From Macrostomum lignano (Eukaryota): a stretch of DNA of 64,000 bases. A model generated the notes under the pieces. That model was not told the origin of the DNA and searched no databases. It worked only from the letters and a program-made list of their open reading frames with translations. The position numbers and the translations under genes were made by a program. The DNA is taken from positions 620,001-684,000 of the forward strand of contig NIVC01000126.1 in NCBI GenBank assembly GCA_002269645.1. Direction: 5' to 3'. This document shows, piece by piece, positions 20,703-32,600 of the stretch (the stretch's first letter is position 1; every line of letters starts with the position of its first letter).

Positions 20703-23700
20703 GGACTCTGGAAGTTGGAGTGTAGCTTAATGAAGAACTCTGGAAGCTGGAGTGTAGCTTAATGAAGAACTCTGGAAGCTGGAGTGTAGCTTAATGAAGA
20801 ACTCTGGAAGCTAGAGTGTAGCTTAATGAAGGACTCTGGAAGCTGGAGTGTAGCTTAATGAAGAACTCTGGAAGCTGGAGTGTAGCTTAATGAAGAACTC
20901 TGGAAGTTGGAGTGTAGCTTAATGAAGAACTCTGGAAGCTGGAGTGTAGCTTAATGAAGGACTCTGGAAGCTGGAGTGTAGCTTAATGAAGAACTCTGGA
21001 AGCTGGAGTGTAGCTTAATGAAGAACTCTGGAAGCTGGAGTGTAGCTTAATGAAGAACTCTGGAAGCTGGAGTGTAGCTTAATGAAGGACTCTGGAAGCT
21101 GGAGTGTAGCTTAATGAAGAACTCTGGAAGCTGGAGTGTAGCTTAATGAAGAACTCTGGAAGCTGGAGTGTAGCTTAATGAAGAACTCTGGAAGCTGGAG
21201 TGTAGCTTATGGAGAACTCTGGAAGTTGGAAAGTAGCTTAATGAAGAACTATGGAAGCTGGAGTGTAGCTTAATGAAGGACTCTGGAAGATGGAGTGTAG
21301 CTTAATGAAGAACTCTGGAAGCTGGAGTGTAGCCTAATGAAGAACTCTGGAAGCTGGAGTGTAGCTTAATGAAGAACTCTGGAAGCTGGAGTGTAGCTTA
21401 ATGAAGAACTCTGGAAGCTGGAGTGTAGCTTAATGAAGAACTCTGGAAGCTGGAGTGTAGCTTAATGAAGGACTCTGGAAGCTGGAGTGTAGCTTAATGA
21501 AGAACTCTGGAAGCTGGAGTGTAGCTTAATGAAGAACTCTGGAAGTTGGAGTGTAGCTTAATGAAGAACTCTGGAAGCTGGAGTGTAGCTTAATGAAGGA
21601 CTCTGGAAGCTGGAGTGTAGCTTAATGAAGGACTCTGGAAGCTGGAGTGTAGCTTAATGAAGGACTCTGGAAGCTGGAGTGTAGCTTAATGAAGAACTCT
21701 GGAAGCTGGAGTAAAGCTTAATGAAGGACTCTGGAAGCTGGAGTGTAGCTTAATGAAGAACTCTGGAAGCTGGAGTGTAGCTTAATGAAGAACTCTGGAA
21801 GTTGGAGTGTAGCTTAATGAAGAACTATGGAAGCTGGAGTGTAGCTTAATGAAGGACTCTGGAAGCTGGAGTGTAGCCTAATGAAGAACTCTGGAAGCTG
21901 GAGTGTAGCCTAATGAAGAACTCTGGAAGCTGGAGTGTAGCTTAATGAAGAACTCTGGAAGCTGGAGTGTAGCTTAATGAAGAACTCTGGAAGCTGGAGT
22001 GTAGCTTAATGAAGAACTCTGGAAGCTGGAGTGTAGCTTAATGAAGAACTCTGGAAGCTGGAGTGTAGCCTAATGAAGAACTCTGGAAGCTGGAGTGTAG
22101 CCTAATGAAGAACTCTGGAAGCTGGAGTGTAGCCTAATGAAGAACTCTGGAAGCTGGAGTGTAGCTTAATGAAGAACTCTGGAAGCTGGAGTGTAGCTTA
22201 ATGAAGAACACTGGAAGCTAGAGTGTAGCTTAATGAAGGACTCTGGAAGCTGGAGTGTAGCTTAATGAAGGACTCTGGAAGCTGGAGTGTAGCTTAATGA
22301 AGGACTCTGGAAGCTGGAGTGTAGCTTAATGAAGAACTCTGGAAGCTGGAGTGTAGCTTAATGAAGAACTCTGGAAGCTGGAGTGTAGCCTAATGAAGAA
22401 CTCTGGAAGCTGAAGTGTAGCCTAATGAAGAACTCTGGAAGCTGGAGTGTAGCCTAATGAAGACTATGAAGTTGGAGTGTAGCTTAATGAAGGACTCTGG
22501 AAGCTGGAGTGTAGCTTAATGAAGAACACTGGAAGCTAGAGTGTAGCTTAATGAAGGACTCTGGAAGCTGGAGTGTAGCTTAATGAAGGACTCTGGAAGC
22601 TAGAGTGTAGCTTAATGAAGGACTCTGGAAGCTGGAGTGTAGCTTAATGAAGAACTCTGGAAGTTGGAGTGTAGCTTAATGAAGAACTCTGGAAGCTGGA
22701 GTGTAGCTTAATGAAGGACTCTGGAAGCTGGAGTGTAGCTTAATGAAGGACTCTGGAAGCTGGAGTGTAGCTTAATGAAGGACTCTGGAAGCTGGAGTGT
22801 AGCTTAATGAAGAACTCTGGAAGCTGGAGTAAAGCTTAATGAAGGACTCTGGAAGCTGGAGTGTAGCTTAATGAAGAACTCTGGAAGCTGGAGTGTAGCT
22901 TAATGAAGAACTCTGGAAGTTGGAGTGTAGCTTAATGAAGAACTATGGAAGCTGGAGTGTAGCTTAATGAAGGACTCTGGAAGCTGAAGTGTAGCTTAAT
23001 GAAGAACCCTGGAAGCTGGAGTGTAGCCTAATGAAGAACTCTGGAAGCTGGAGTGTACCCTAATGAAGACTATGAAGTTGGAGTGTAGCTTAATGAAGAA
23101 CTCTGGAAGCTGGAGTGTAGCCTAATGAAGAACTCTGGAAGCTGGAGTGTAGCTTAATGAAGAACTCTGGAAGCTGGAGTGTAGCCTAATGAAGAACTCT
23201 GGAAGCTGGAGTGTAGCCTAATGAAGAACTCTGGAAGCTGGAGTGTAGCTTAATGAAGAACTCTGGAAGCTGGAGTGTAGCTTAATGAAGAACTCTGGAA
23301 GCTGGAGTGTAGCCTAATGAAGAACTCTGGAAGCTGGAGTGTAGCTTAATGAAGAACTCTGGAAGCTGGAGTGTAGCTTAATGAAGGACTCTGGAAGCTA
23401 GAGTGTAGCTTAATGAAGAACTCTGGAAGCTAGAGTGTAGCCTAATGAAGGACTCTGGAAGCTAGAGTGTAGCTTAATGAAGAACTCTGGAAGCTGGAGG
23501 GTAGCTTAATGAATAACTCTGGAAGCTGGAGTGTAGCCTAATGAAGAACCCTGGAAGCTGGAGTGTAGCCTAATGAAGAACTCTGGAAGCTGGAGTGTAG
23601 CTTAATGAAGAACTCTGGAAGCTGGAGTGTAGCTTAATGAAGAACTCTGGAAGCTGGAGTGTAGCCTAATGAAGAACTCTGGAAGCTGGAGTGTAGCTTA

Positions 23701-26700
23701 ATGAAGAACTCTGGAAGCTGGAGTGTAGCTTAATGAAGAACTCTGGAAGCTGGAGTGTAGCTTAATGAAGAACTCTGGAAGCTGGAGTGTAGCTTAATGA
23801 AGAACTCTGGAAGCTGGAGTGTAGCCTAATGAAGAACTCTGGAAGCTGGAGTGTAGCTTAATGAAGAACTCTGGAAGCTGGAGGGTAGCTTAATGAATAA
23901 CTCTGGAAGCTGGAGTGTAGCCTAATGAAGAACTCTGGAAGCTGGAGTGTAGCCTAATGAAGAACTCTGGAAGCTGGAGTGTAGCCTAATGAAGAACTCT
24001 GGAAGCTGGAGTGTAGCTTAATGAAGGACTCTGGAAGCTAGAGTGTAGCTTAATGAAGAACTCTGGAAGCTAGAGTGTAGCCTAATGAAGAACTCTGGAA
24101 GCTAGAGTGTAGCTTAATGAAGGACTCTGGAAGCTGGAGGGTAGCTTAATGAATAACTCTGGAAGCTGGAGTGTAGCCTAATGAAGAACCCTGGAAGCTG
24201 GAGTGTAGCCTAATGAAGAACTCTGGAAGCTGGAGTGTAGCTTAATGAAGAACTCTGGAAGCTGGAGTGTAGCTTAATGAAGAACTCTGGAAGCTGGAGT
24301 GTAGCTTAATGAAGAACTCTGGAAGCTGGAGTGTAGCTTAATGAAGAACTCTGGAAGCTGGAGTGTAGCCTAATGAAGAACTCTGGAAGCTGGAGTGTAG
24401 CCTAATGAAGAACTCTGGAAGCTGGAGTGTAGCCTAATGAAGAACTCTGGAAGCTGGAGTGTAGCTTAATGAAGAACTCTGGAAGCTGGAGTGTAGCTTA
24501 ATGAAGAACTCTGGAAGCTGGAGTGTAGCTTAATGAAGAACCCTGGAAGCTGGAGTGTAGCTTAATGAAGAACTCTGGAAGCTGGAGTGTAGCTTAATGA
24601 AGAACTCTGGAAGCTGGAGTGTAGCTTAATGAAGAACCCTGGAAGCTGGAGTGTAGCTTAATGAAGAACTCTGGAAGCTGGAGTGTAGCTTAATGAAGAA
24701 CTCTGGAAGCTGGAGTGTAGCCTAATGAAGAACTCTGGAAGCTGGAGTGTACCCTAATGAAGACTATGAAGTTGGAGTGTAGCTTAATGAAGAACTCTGG
24801 AAGCTGGAGTGTAGCCTAATGAAGAACTCTGGAAGCTGGAGTGTAGCTTAATGAAGAACTCTGGAAGCTGGAGTGTAGCCTAATGAAGAACTCTGGAAGC
24901 TGGAGTGTACCCTAATGAAGACTATGAAGTTGGAGTGTAGCTTAATGAAGAACTCTGGAAGCTGGAGTGTAGCTTAATGAAGAACCCTGGAAGCTGGAGT
25001 GTAGCCTAATGAAGAACTCTGGAAGCTGGAGTGTAGCCTAATGAAGAACTCTGGAAGCTGGAGTGTAGCTTAATGAAGAACTCTGGAAGCTGGAGGGTAG
25101 CTTAATGAATAACTCTGGAAGCTGGAGTGTAGCCTAATGAAGAACTCTGGAAGCTGGAGTGTAGCTTAATGAAGAACTCTGGAAGCTGGAGTGTAGCTTA
25201 ATGAAGAACTCTGGAAGCTGGAGTGTAGCTTAATGAAGAACTCTGGAAGCTGGAGTGTAGCTTAATGAAGAACTCTGGAAGCTGGAGTGTAGCCTAATGA
25301 AGAACTCTGGAAGCTGGAGTGTAGCCTAATGAAGAACTCTGGAAGCTGGAGTGTAGCCTAATGAAGAACTCTGGAAGCTGGAGTGTAGCTTAATGAAGAA
25401 CTCTGGAAGCTGGAGTGTAGCTTAATGAAGAACTCTGGAAGCTGGAGTGTACCCTAATGAAGACTATGAAGTTGGAGTGTAGCTTAATGAAGAACTCTGG
25501 AAGCTGGAGTGTAGCCTAATGAAGAACTCTGGAAGCTGGAGTGTAGCTTAATGAAGAACTCTGGAAGCTGGAGTGTAGCCTAATGAAGAACTCTGGAAGC
25601 TGGAGTGTAGCCTAATGAAGAACTCTGGAAGCTGGAGTGTAGCTTAATGAAGAACTCTGGAAGCTGGAGGGTAGCTTAATGAATAACTCTGGAAGCTGGA
25701 GTGTAGCCTAATGAAGAACTCTGGAAGCTGGAGTGTAGCCTAATGAAGAACTCTGGAAGCTAGAGTGTAGCCTAATGAAGAACTCTGGAAGCTGGAGTGT
25801 AGCTTAATGAAGGACTCTGGAAGCTAGAGTGTAGCTTAATGAAGAACTCTGGAAGCTAGAGTGTAGCCTAATGAAGAACTCTGGAAGCTAGAGTGTAGCT
25901 TAATGAAGAACTCTGGAAGCTGGAGGGTAGCTTAATGAATAACTCTTGAAGCTGGAGTGTAGCTTAATGAAGAACCCTGGAAGCTGGAGTGTAGCCTAAT
26001 GAAGAACTCTGGAAGCTGGAGTGTAGCTTAATGAAGAACTCTGGAAGCTGGAGTGTAGCTTAATGAAGAACTCTGGAAGCTTGAGTGTAGCTTAATGAAG
26101 AACTCTGGAAGCTGGAGTGTAGCCTAATGAAGAACTCTGGAAGCTGGAGTGTAGCCTAATGAAGAACTCTGGAAGCTGGAGTGTAGCCTAATGAAGAACT
26201 CTGGAAGCTGGAGTGTAGCTTAATGAAGAACTCTGGAAGCTGGAGTGTAGCTTAATGAAGAACTCTGGAAGCTGGAGTGTAGCTTAATGAAGAACCTGGA
26301 AGCTGGAGTGTAGCTTAATGAAGAACTCTGGAAGCTGGAGTGTAGCTTAATGAAGAACTCTGGAAGCTGGAGTGTAGCTTAATGAAGAACCTGGAAGCTG
26401 GAGTGTAGCTTAATGAAGAACTCTGGAAGCTGGAGTGTAGCTTAATGAAGAACTCTGGAAGCTGGAGTGTAGCCTAATGAAGAACTCTGGAAGCTGGAGT
26501 GTAGCCTAATGAAGACTATGAAGTGGAGTGTAGCTTAATGAAGAACTCTGGAAGCTGGAGTGTAGCTAATGAAGAACTCTGGAAGCTGGAGTGTAGCTTA
26601 ATGAAGAACTCTGGAAGCTGGAGTGTAGCTAATGAAGAACTCTGGAAGCTGGAGTGTAGCCTAATGAAGAACTCTGGAAGCTGGAGTGTAGCTTAATGAA

Positions 26701-28809
26701 GAACTCTGGAAGCTGGAGTGTAGCTTAATGAAGAACCTGGAAGCTGGAGTGTAGCCTAATGAAGAACTCTGGAAGCTGGAGTGTAGCTAATGAAGAACTC
26801 TGGAAGCTGGAGTGTAGCTTAATGAAGAACTCTGGAAGCTGGAGGGTAGCTTAATGAATAACTCTGGAAGCTGGAGTGTAGCCTAATGAAGAACTCTGGA
26901 AGCTGGAGTGTAGCTTAATGAAGAACTCTGGAAGCTGGAGTGTAGCTTAATGAAGAACTCTGGAAGCTGGAGTGTAGCTTAATGAAGAACTCTGGAAGCT
27001 GGAGTGTAGCTTAATGAAGAACTCTGGAAGCTGGAGTGTAGCTTAATGAAGAACTCTGGAAGCTGGAGTGTAGCTAATGAAGAACTCTGGAAGCTGGAGT
27101 GTAGCTTAATGAAGAACTCTGGAAGCTGGAGTGTAGCTTAATGAAGAACTCTGGAAGCTGGAGTGTAGCTTAATGAAGAACTCTGAAGCTGGAGTGTAGC
27201 TTAATGAAGAACTCTGGAAGCTGGAGTGTAGCCTAATGAAGAACTCTGGAAGCTGGAGTGTAGCCTAATGAAGAACTCTGGAAGCTGGAGTGTAGCTAAT
27301 GAAGAACTCTGGAAGCTGGAGTGTAGCTTAATGAAGGACTCTGGAAGCTGGAGTGTAGCTTAATGAAGAACTCTGGAAGCTGGAGTGTAGCTTAATGAAG
27401 AACCCTGGAAGCTGGAGTGTAGCCTAATGAAGAACTCTGGAAGCTGGAGTGTACCCTAATGAAGACTATGAAGTTGGAGTGTAGCTTAATGAAGAACTCT
27501 GGAAGCTGGAGTGTAGCCTAATGAAGAACTCTGGAAGCTGGAGTGTAGCCTAATGAAGAACTCTGGAAGCTGGAGTGTAGCTTAATGAAGAACTCTGGAA
27601 GCTGGAGTGTAGCCTAATGAAGAACTCTGGAAGCTGGAGTGTAGCTTAATGAAGAACTCTGGAAGCTGGAGTGTAGCTTAATGAAGAACCCTGGAAGCTG
27701 GAGTGTAGCCTAATGAAGAACTCTGGAAGCTGGAGTGTAGCTTAATGAAGAACTCTGGAAGCTGGAGTGTAGCCTAATGAAGAACTCTGGAAGCTGGAGT
27801 GTAGCTTAATGAAGAACTCTGGAAGCTGGAGTGTAGCTTAATGAAGGACTCTGGAAGCTAGAGTGTAGCTTAATGAAGAACTCTGGAAGCTAGAGTGTAG
27901 CTAATGAAGACTCTGGAAGCTAGAGTGTAGCTTAATGAAGAACTCTGGAAGCTGGAGTGTAGCTTAATGAACTCTGGAAGCTGGAGTGTAGCCTAATGAA
28001 GAACCTGGAAGCTGGAGTGTAGCTAATGAAGAACTCTGGAAGCTGGAGTGTAGCTTAATGAAGAACTCTGGAAGCTGGAGTGTAGCTAATGAAGAACTCT
28101 GGAAGCTGGAGTGTAGCCTAATGAAGAACTCTGGAAGCTGGAGTGTAGCTTAATGAAGAACTCTGGAAGCTGGAGTGTAGCTTAATGAAGAACTCTGGAA
28201 GCTGGAGTGTAGCTTAATGAAGAACTCTGGAAGCTGGAGTGTAGCTAATGAAGAACTCTGGAAGCTGGAGTGTAGCTTAATGAAGAACCTGGAAGCTGGA
28301 GTGTAGCCTAATGAAGAACTCTGGAAGCTGGAGGTAGCCTAATGAAGAACTCTGGAAGCTGGAGTGTAGCCTAATGAAGAACTCTGGAAGCTGGAGTGTA
28401 GCCTAATGAAGAACTCTGGAAGCTGGAGTGTAGCTTAATGAAGGACTCTGGAAGCTAGAGTGTAGCTTAATGAAGAACTCTGGAAGCTAGGTGAGCTAAT
28501 GAAGAACTCTGGAAGCTGGAGTGTAGCTTAATGAAGAACTCTGGAAGCTGGAGGGTAGCTTAATGAAGAACTCTGGAAGCTGGAGTGTAGCCTAATGAAG
28601 AACCTGGAAGCTGGAGTGTAGCCTAATGAAGAACTCTGGTGGAGTGTAGCTTAATGAAACTCTGGAAGCTGGAGTGTAGCTTAATGAAGAACTCTGGAAG
28701 CTGGAGTGTAGCTAATGAAGAACTCTGGAAGCTGGAGTGTAGCTTAATGAAGAACTCTGGAAGCTGGAGTGTAGCTTAATGAAGAACTCTGGAAGCTGGA
28801 GTGTAGCTT
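20703..28809. repeat. 8.1-kb 32-bp satellite (CTCTGGAAGCTGGAGTGTAGCTTAATGAAGAA)n, ~250 units, running into the gap
   Basis: Direct reading; TAG/TAA/TGA in each unit closes all plus-strand frames. Confidence 0.98.
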
Positions 28810-29603
28810 NNNNNNNNNNNNNNNNNNNNNNNNNNNNNNNNNNNNNNNNNNNNNNNNNNNNNNNNNNNNNNNNNNNNNNNNNNNNNNNNNNNNNNNNNNN
28901 NNNNNNNNNNNNNNNNNNNNNNNNNNNNNNNNNNNNNNNNNNNNNNNNNNNNNNNNNNNNNNNNNNNNNNNNNNNNNNNNNNNNNNNNNNNNNNNNNNNN
29001 NNNNNNNNNNNNNNNNNNNNNNNNNNNNNNNNNNNNNNNNNNNNNNNNNNNNNNNNNNNNNNNNNNNNNNNNNNNNNNNNNNNNNNNNNNNNNNNNNNNN
29101 NNNNNNNNNNNNNNNNNNNNNNNNNNNNNNNNNNNNNNNNNNNNNNNNNNNNNNNNNNNNNNNNNNNNNNNNNNNNNNNNNNNNNNNNNNNNNNNNNNNN
29201 NNNNNNNNNNNNNNNNNNNNNNNNNNNNNNNNNNNNNNNNNNNNNNNNNNNNNNNNNNNNNNNNNNNNNNNNNNNNNNNNNNNNNNNNNNNNNNNNNNNN
29301 NNNNNNNNNNNNNNNNNNNNNNNNNNNNNNNNNNNNNNNNNNNNNNNNNNNNNNNNNNNNNNNNNNNNNNNNNNNNNNNNNNNNNNNNNNNNNNNNNNNN
29401 NNNNNNNNNNNNNNNNNNNNNNNNNNNNNNNNNNNNNNNNNNNNNNNNNNNNNNNNNNNNNNNNNNNNNNNNNNNNNNNNNNNNNNNNNNNNNNNNNNNN
29501 NNNNNNNNNNNNNNNNNNNNNNNNNNNNNNNNNNNNNNNNNNNNNNNNNNNNNNNNNNNNNNNNNNNNNNNNNNNNNNNNNNNNNNNNNNNNNNNNNNNN
29601 NNN
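28810..29603. other. Assembly gap (794 N)
   Basis: Run of N. Confidence 0.99.
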
Positions 29604-32600
29604 CCGGCAACTGCTGCGACTCCTGCCTGCAAATTTGAATCGCAAGTCCGTGCTCAGCGTGAACTGGCTGTCGGGCTCCTTTGTCGAGGTGCTGATCAAT
29701 GGTCCGCTAAGCGTGTCCGTGACTCAGCTGCCCGTGGTGCCAGCTTTCACGATTAAGCTGCAGCCGAGAATGACGCGGAGGAAAACACTGGGATGCTGAG
29801 TTCCGCGTTGCTGACAAAGTCATAAAATGCAGCCTAACGATTGACTCAAGGGTGCTTGAGCTTCGAGTTCAGACACCATTTGAACTGGTGAGGAAACTGG
29901 GAGGCAAGGTGGCTTTCAATAGCGAGCCACCGATGAAACTGAGTGCTGAGGCCAGCTTTGAACTCAATGACTATCGCTATGCTGCATCAGTAAATGCCGA
30001 TGTTAAGAAGGTGGCGCGCTATCCTCAAGGCTTGTTCAGCTGCAAGATTCAGACACCGCATCGCGCCATCAAAAGCGCCAAATTCCTGATTGAGCACCGG
30101 AGATCGGACGAGCTCTGGAGCTCCGAATTTGCTGCTCGGATCAACGAGAAGGAGCTCAAAATTGATGGCAACGCAACCAACGAGGCTGTCAGACTTCGCA
30201 TTGCTCTGCCAATTGAAGGATACGAGAAGGTTGGCTTCAAAGTTCTGACAGACCAGTCGGAGTCGGAGCCGCGAGTGCAGGCGCTGGTGCACATGCCGCA
30301 CGGCCGCTTCGGCAGAGTGTCTACCGTTGGCAGTTACAATGGACCGGCTGCCATGTCCACTCGAGTGTCAGTTGAGACCTCATTCCGCGGCTTCAGAAAT
30401 GCTGAGATTAGAGTGAAAAACCAGATGCGACAGCGCATCCTGGAGCACACGTCGAGCATGAGGGTCAATGGAGAGCAGTGGCACGACATCAAGATCAGAG
30501 CCGGCATTCAAAGTGGACAGATCGTCGTCAATCGCACACAACCGGTGGTAATTGGCTATAAAGTGACCATGACTGGTGAAATGATCAACTCCGAGATCAA
30601 AGTGAACATCGGTGACTGGGTCCCATTCCACCTGCGAGGCCAGGTGCAAGCCAGCGGCGAAGGAGTTAAAAGCAGATCGTTCCTCTCCCTGCGCACCCCG
30701 CACAGAACAGTGCAGCTGGACAGAGAGATCAGCCTCTTCTCGGGCCGGCTTGGCTACAAGCTGTCGTTCACGCCAAATCAGGGAGTTGTCCGGCCGCTCT
30801 CATTCGAGGCCTCTCTAGAAAACAAAGGAGTCTATTCTGAGGTGGATGTGGAGTCGAAACTGGCGCTTAGCACACCGGCCAGGCGAATCGAGTCGACCAT
30901 TGGCTACCAGAAGAAGACTGGAGAGTTCCGCGCTTCAGCTACCGTCAACTGGGATGCGAACGACGCCGAGTCAAACAAAATTATGGGAGTCTCAGTCCAG
31001 GGTCGCTACACGCCTGGAAGACAATTGGCTGGCACCGCCGAGCTGAGGTTTATTGACCCGAAGCCGTACTCAGTCTCAATCAGCACCGAAAGGGGAGTGG
31101 GAAAAACGTTGCACTCCACTGACATCAGGTTGGACATTACGAAGAAAATTCAGGACACAGTTGTACTTAAGTGGTCGGCGGTTCAAAAAGCTCCAGAGAG
31201 CACCCAACTCTCAGCCAGCCTGTCCCAGGCAAGCAGCAACGTCGACTTTAGGATCAATGGCGAGATGACGACGACATCGGAGGTGCGGAGCGGCAACTTG
31301 TCCATCCACTACACCGATGCTGGGGGCCGGCCCACCGTGATGCAATCTGTGGTTGAGCTCAGCTCCAGCGCGCTTCGCGTTGACCTGGTCCTGCCAACTA
31401 AACGATGCAGCCTCGAGCTAAAGAAGACAGTGAAACTGGGAGCAACAACTTACACCGCGAAGACTCACGGACAGAAACTAGAAGTCCGCGTCTCCAGTCA
31501 GCCAGATCTTCAACTAATCTACGAGCCCAGGGAGAATGACCGATTTTCAGCTGCCCTCGGATACGCCGACGACTGGCACCTAAGGGCGGACGTGCACCGA
31601 GTGACTAACCAGGTGAAGATGCAGCAGCTGCTGGCTCAGGTCCAGCTAAAGTCCCGGCACCTCATGAAAGTGAAGCTGCACTGGAATCCCACAAGCAGCC
31701 TGCTCCGCTATGCCGCTCTGCGCGAAAGCCTGCCAGCGCTGCTCAACGACGGCCGAGCCCTGATGGCGTCTATGAAGGCCTCCTGCGTGTACGAAATCCT
31801 GGCGCAGGTTCGCAACGATCTCATCCTGCCCGACCTATCGAGCGCCGCTAACAGTGTAGCTCAGGAGCTGGAACCCCTGCGTCGGGACCTCGGCTACATG
31901 AACGCTCAGTTCCGAGACATGTACATCCGAAACGAATTCTACAGCCGCGACATTTACGAAGCCGTCAGAGGAGTCACTCGCGCCGTGGTATCCAGAATCG
32001 TGGGAGCCGCACAGAGCGCGATGGACGCCTACTCAGCCTACGTCCACCCGCATGTCGTCAGTGGAGCCAACCGCATCGCCAGCCACGCCAGCCGTTGCTA
32101 TGGACACGCCAATCGAGTCTACGCCGTCTATCAACACCACCGGGACCGTCTCTACCGCAAGGTGAACGGGCACGCGCTGCGCTTCATCAACAGCGCCGTG
32201 GACGGCATTCGACCCGCTCTGGACGCGGCGCACAGCGGCTACCAGCGATTTGCCGCGGTCAACCCGCTTAGCGGCAGCGCGGCAACCCTTGGCGACCTCC
32301 GTATGCGCGTGGCGCGCTCGGTCAGCGAGGTCAACTACGAGGCATTTAACTTGCTGCACTCCGACATCCGCGAGCAGGTGCTGACAGCCCACCGGTCCAT
32401 CGAGGCCAGCATTGGCCGAGCTTCGGACAGCGCAGCCGTGATTATCACCTCCGCGAAGGCACGGGTCAGGCACCACGTGAATCGCATGGTAGGCGACGGA
32501 CTGCTCAGTTCCATGGTTTCTGGCGCGTACACGCAGTCCAGATGGTTCCTGGACCACTTCAACATCGAGCAGAATTTGAAAGACTTCGCCAGAGACAACT

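Noticed and set aside
20703-28809. 32-bp repeat as a CRISPR array
   Set aside because: Units are head-to-tail with no unique spacers, there are no cas genes, and the context is a eukaryotic intron.
28712-29756. ORFs spanning the N gap
   Set aside because: Artefacts of translating N as X.
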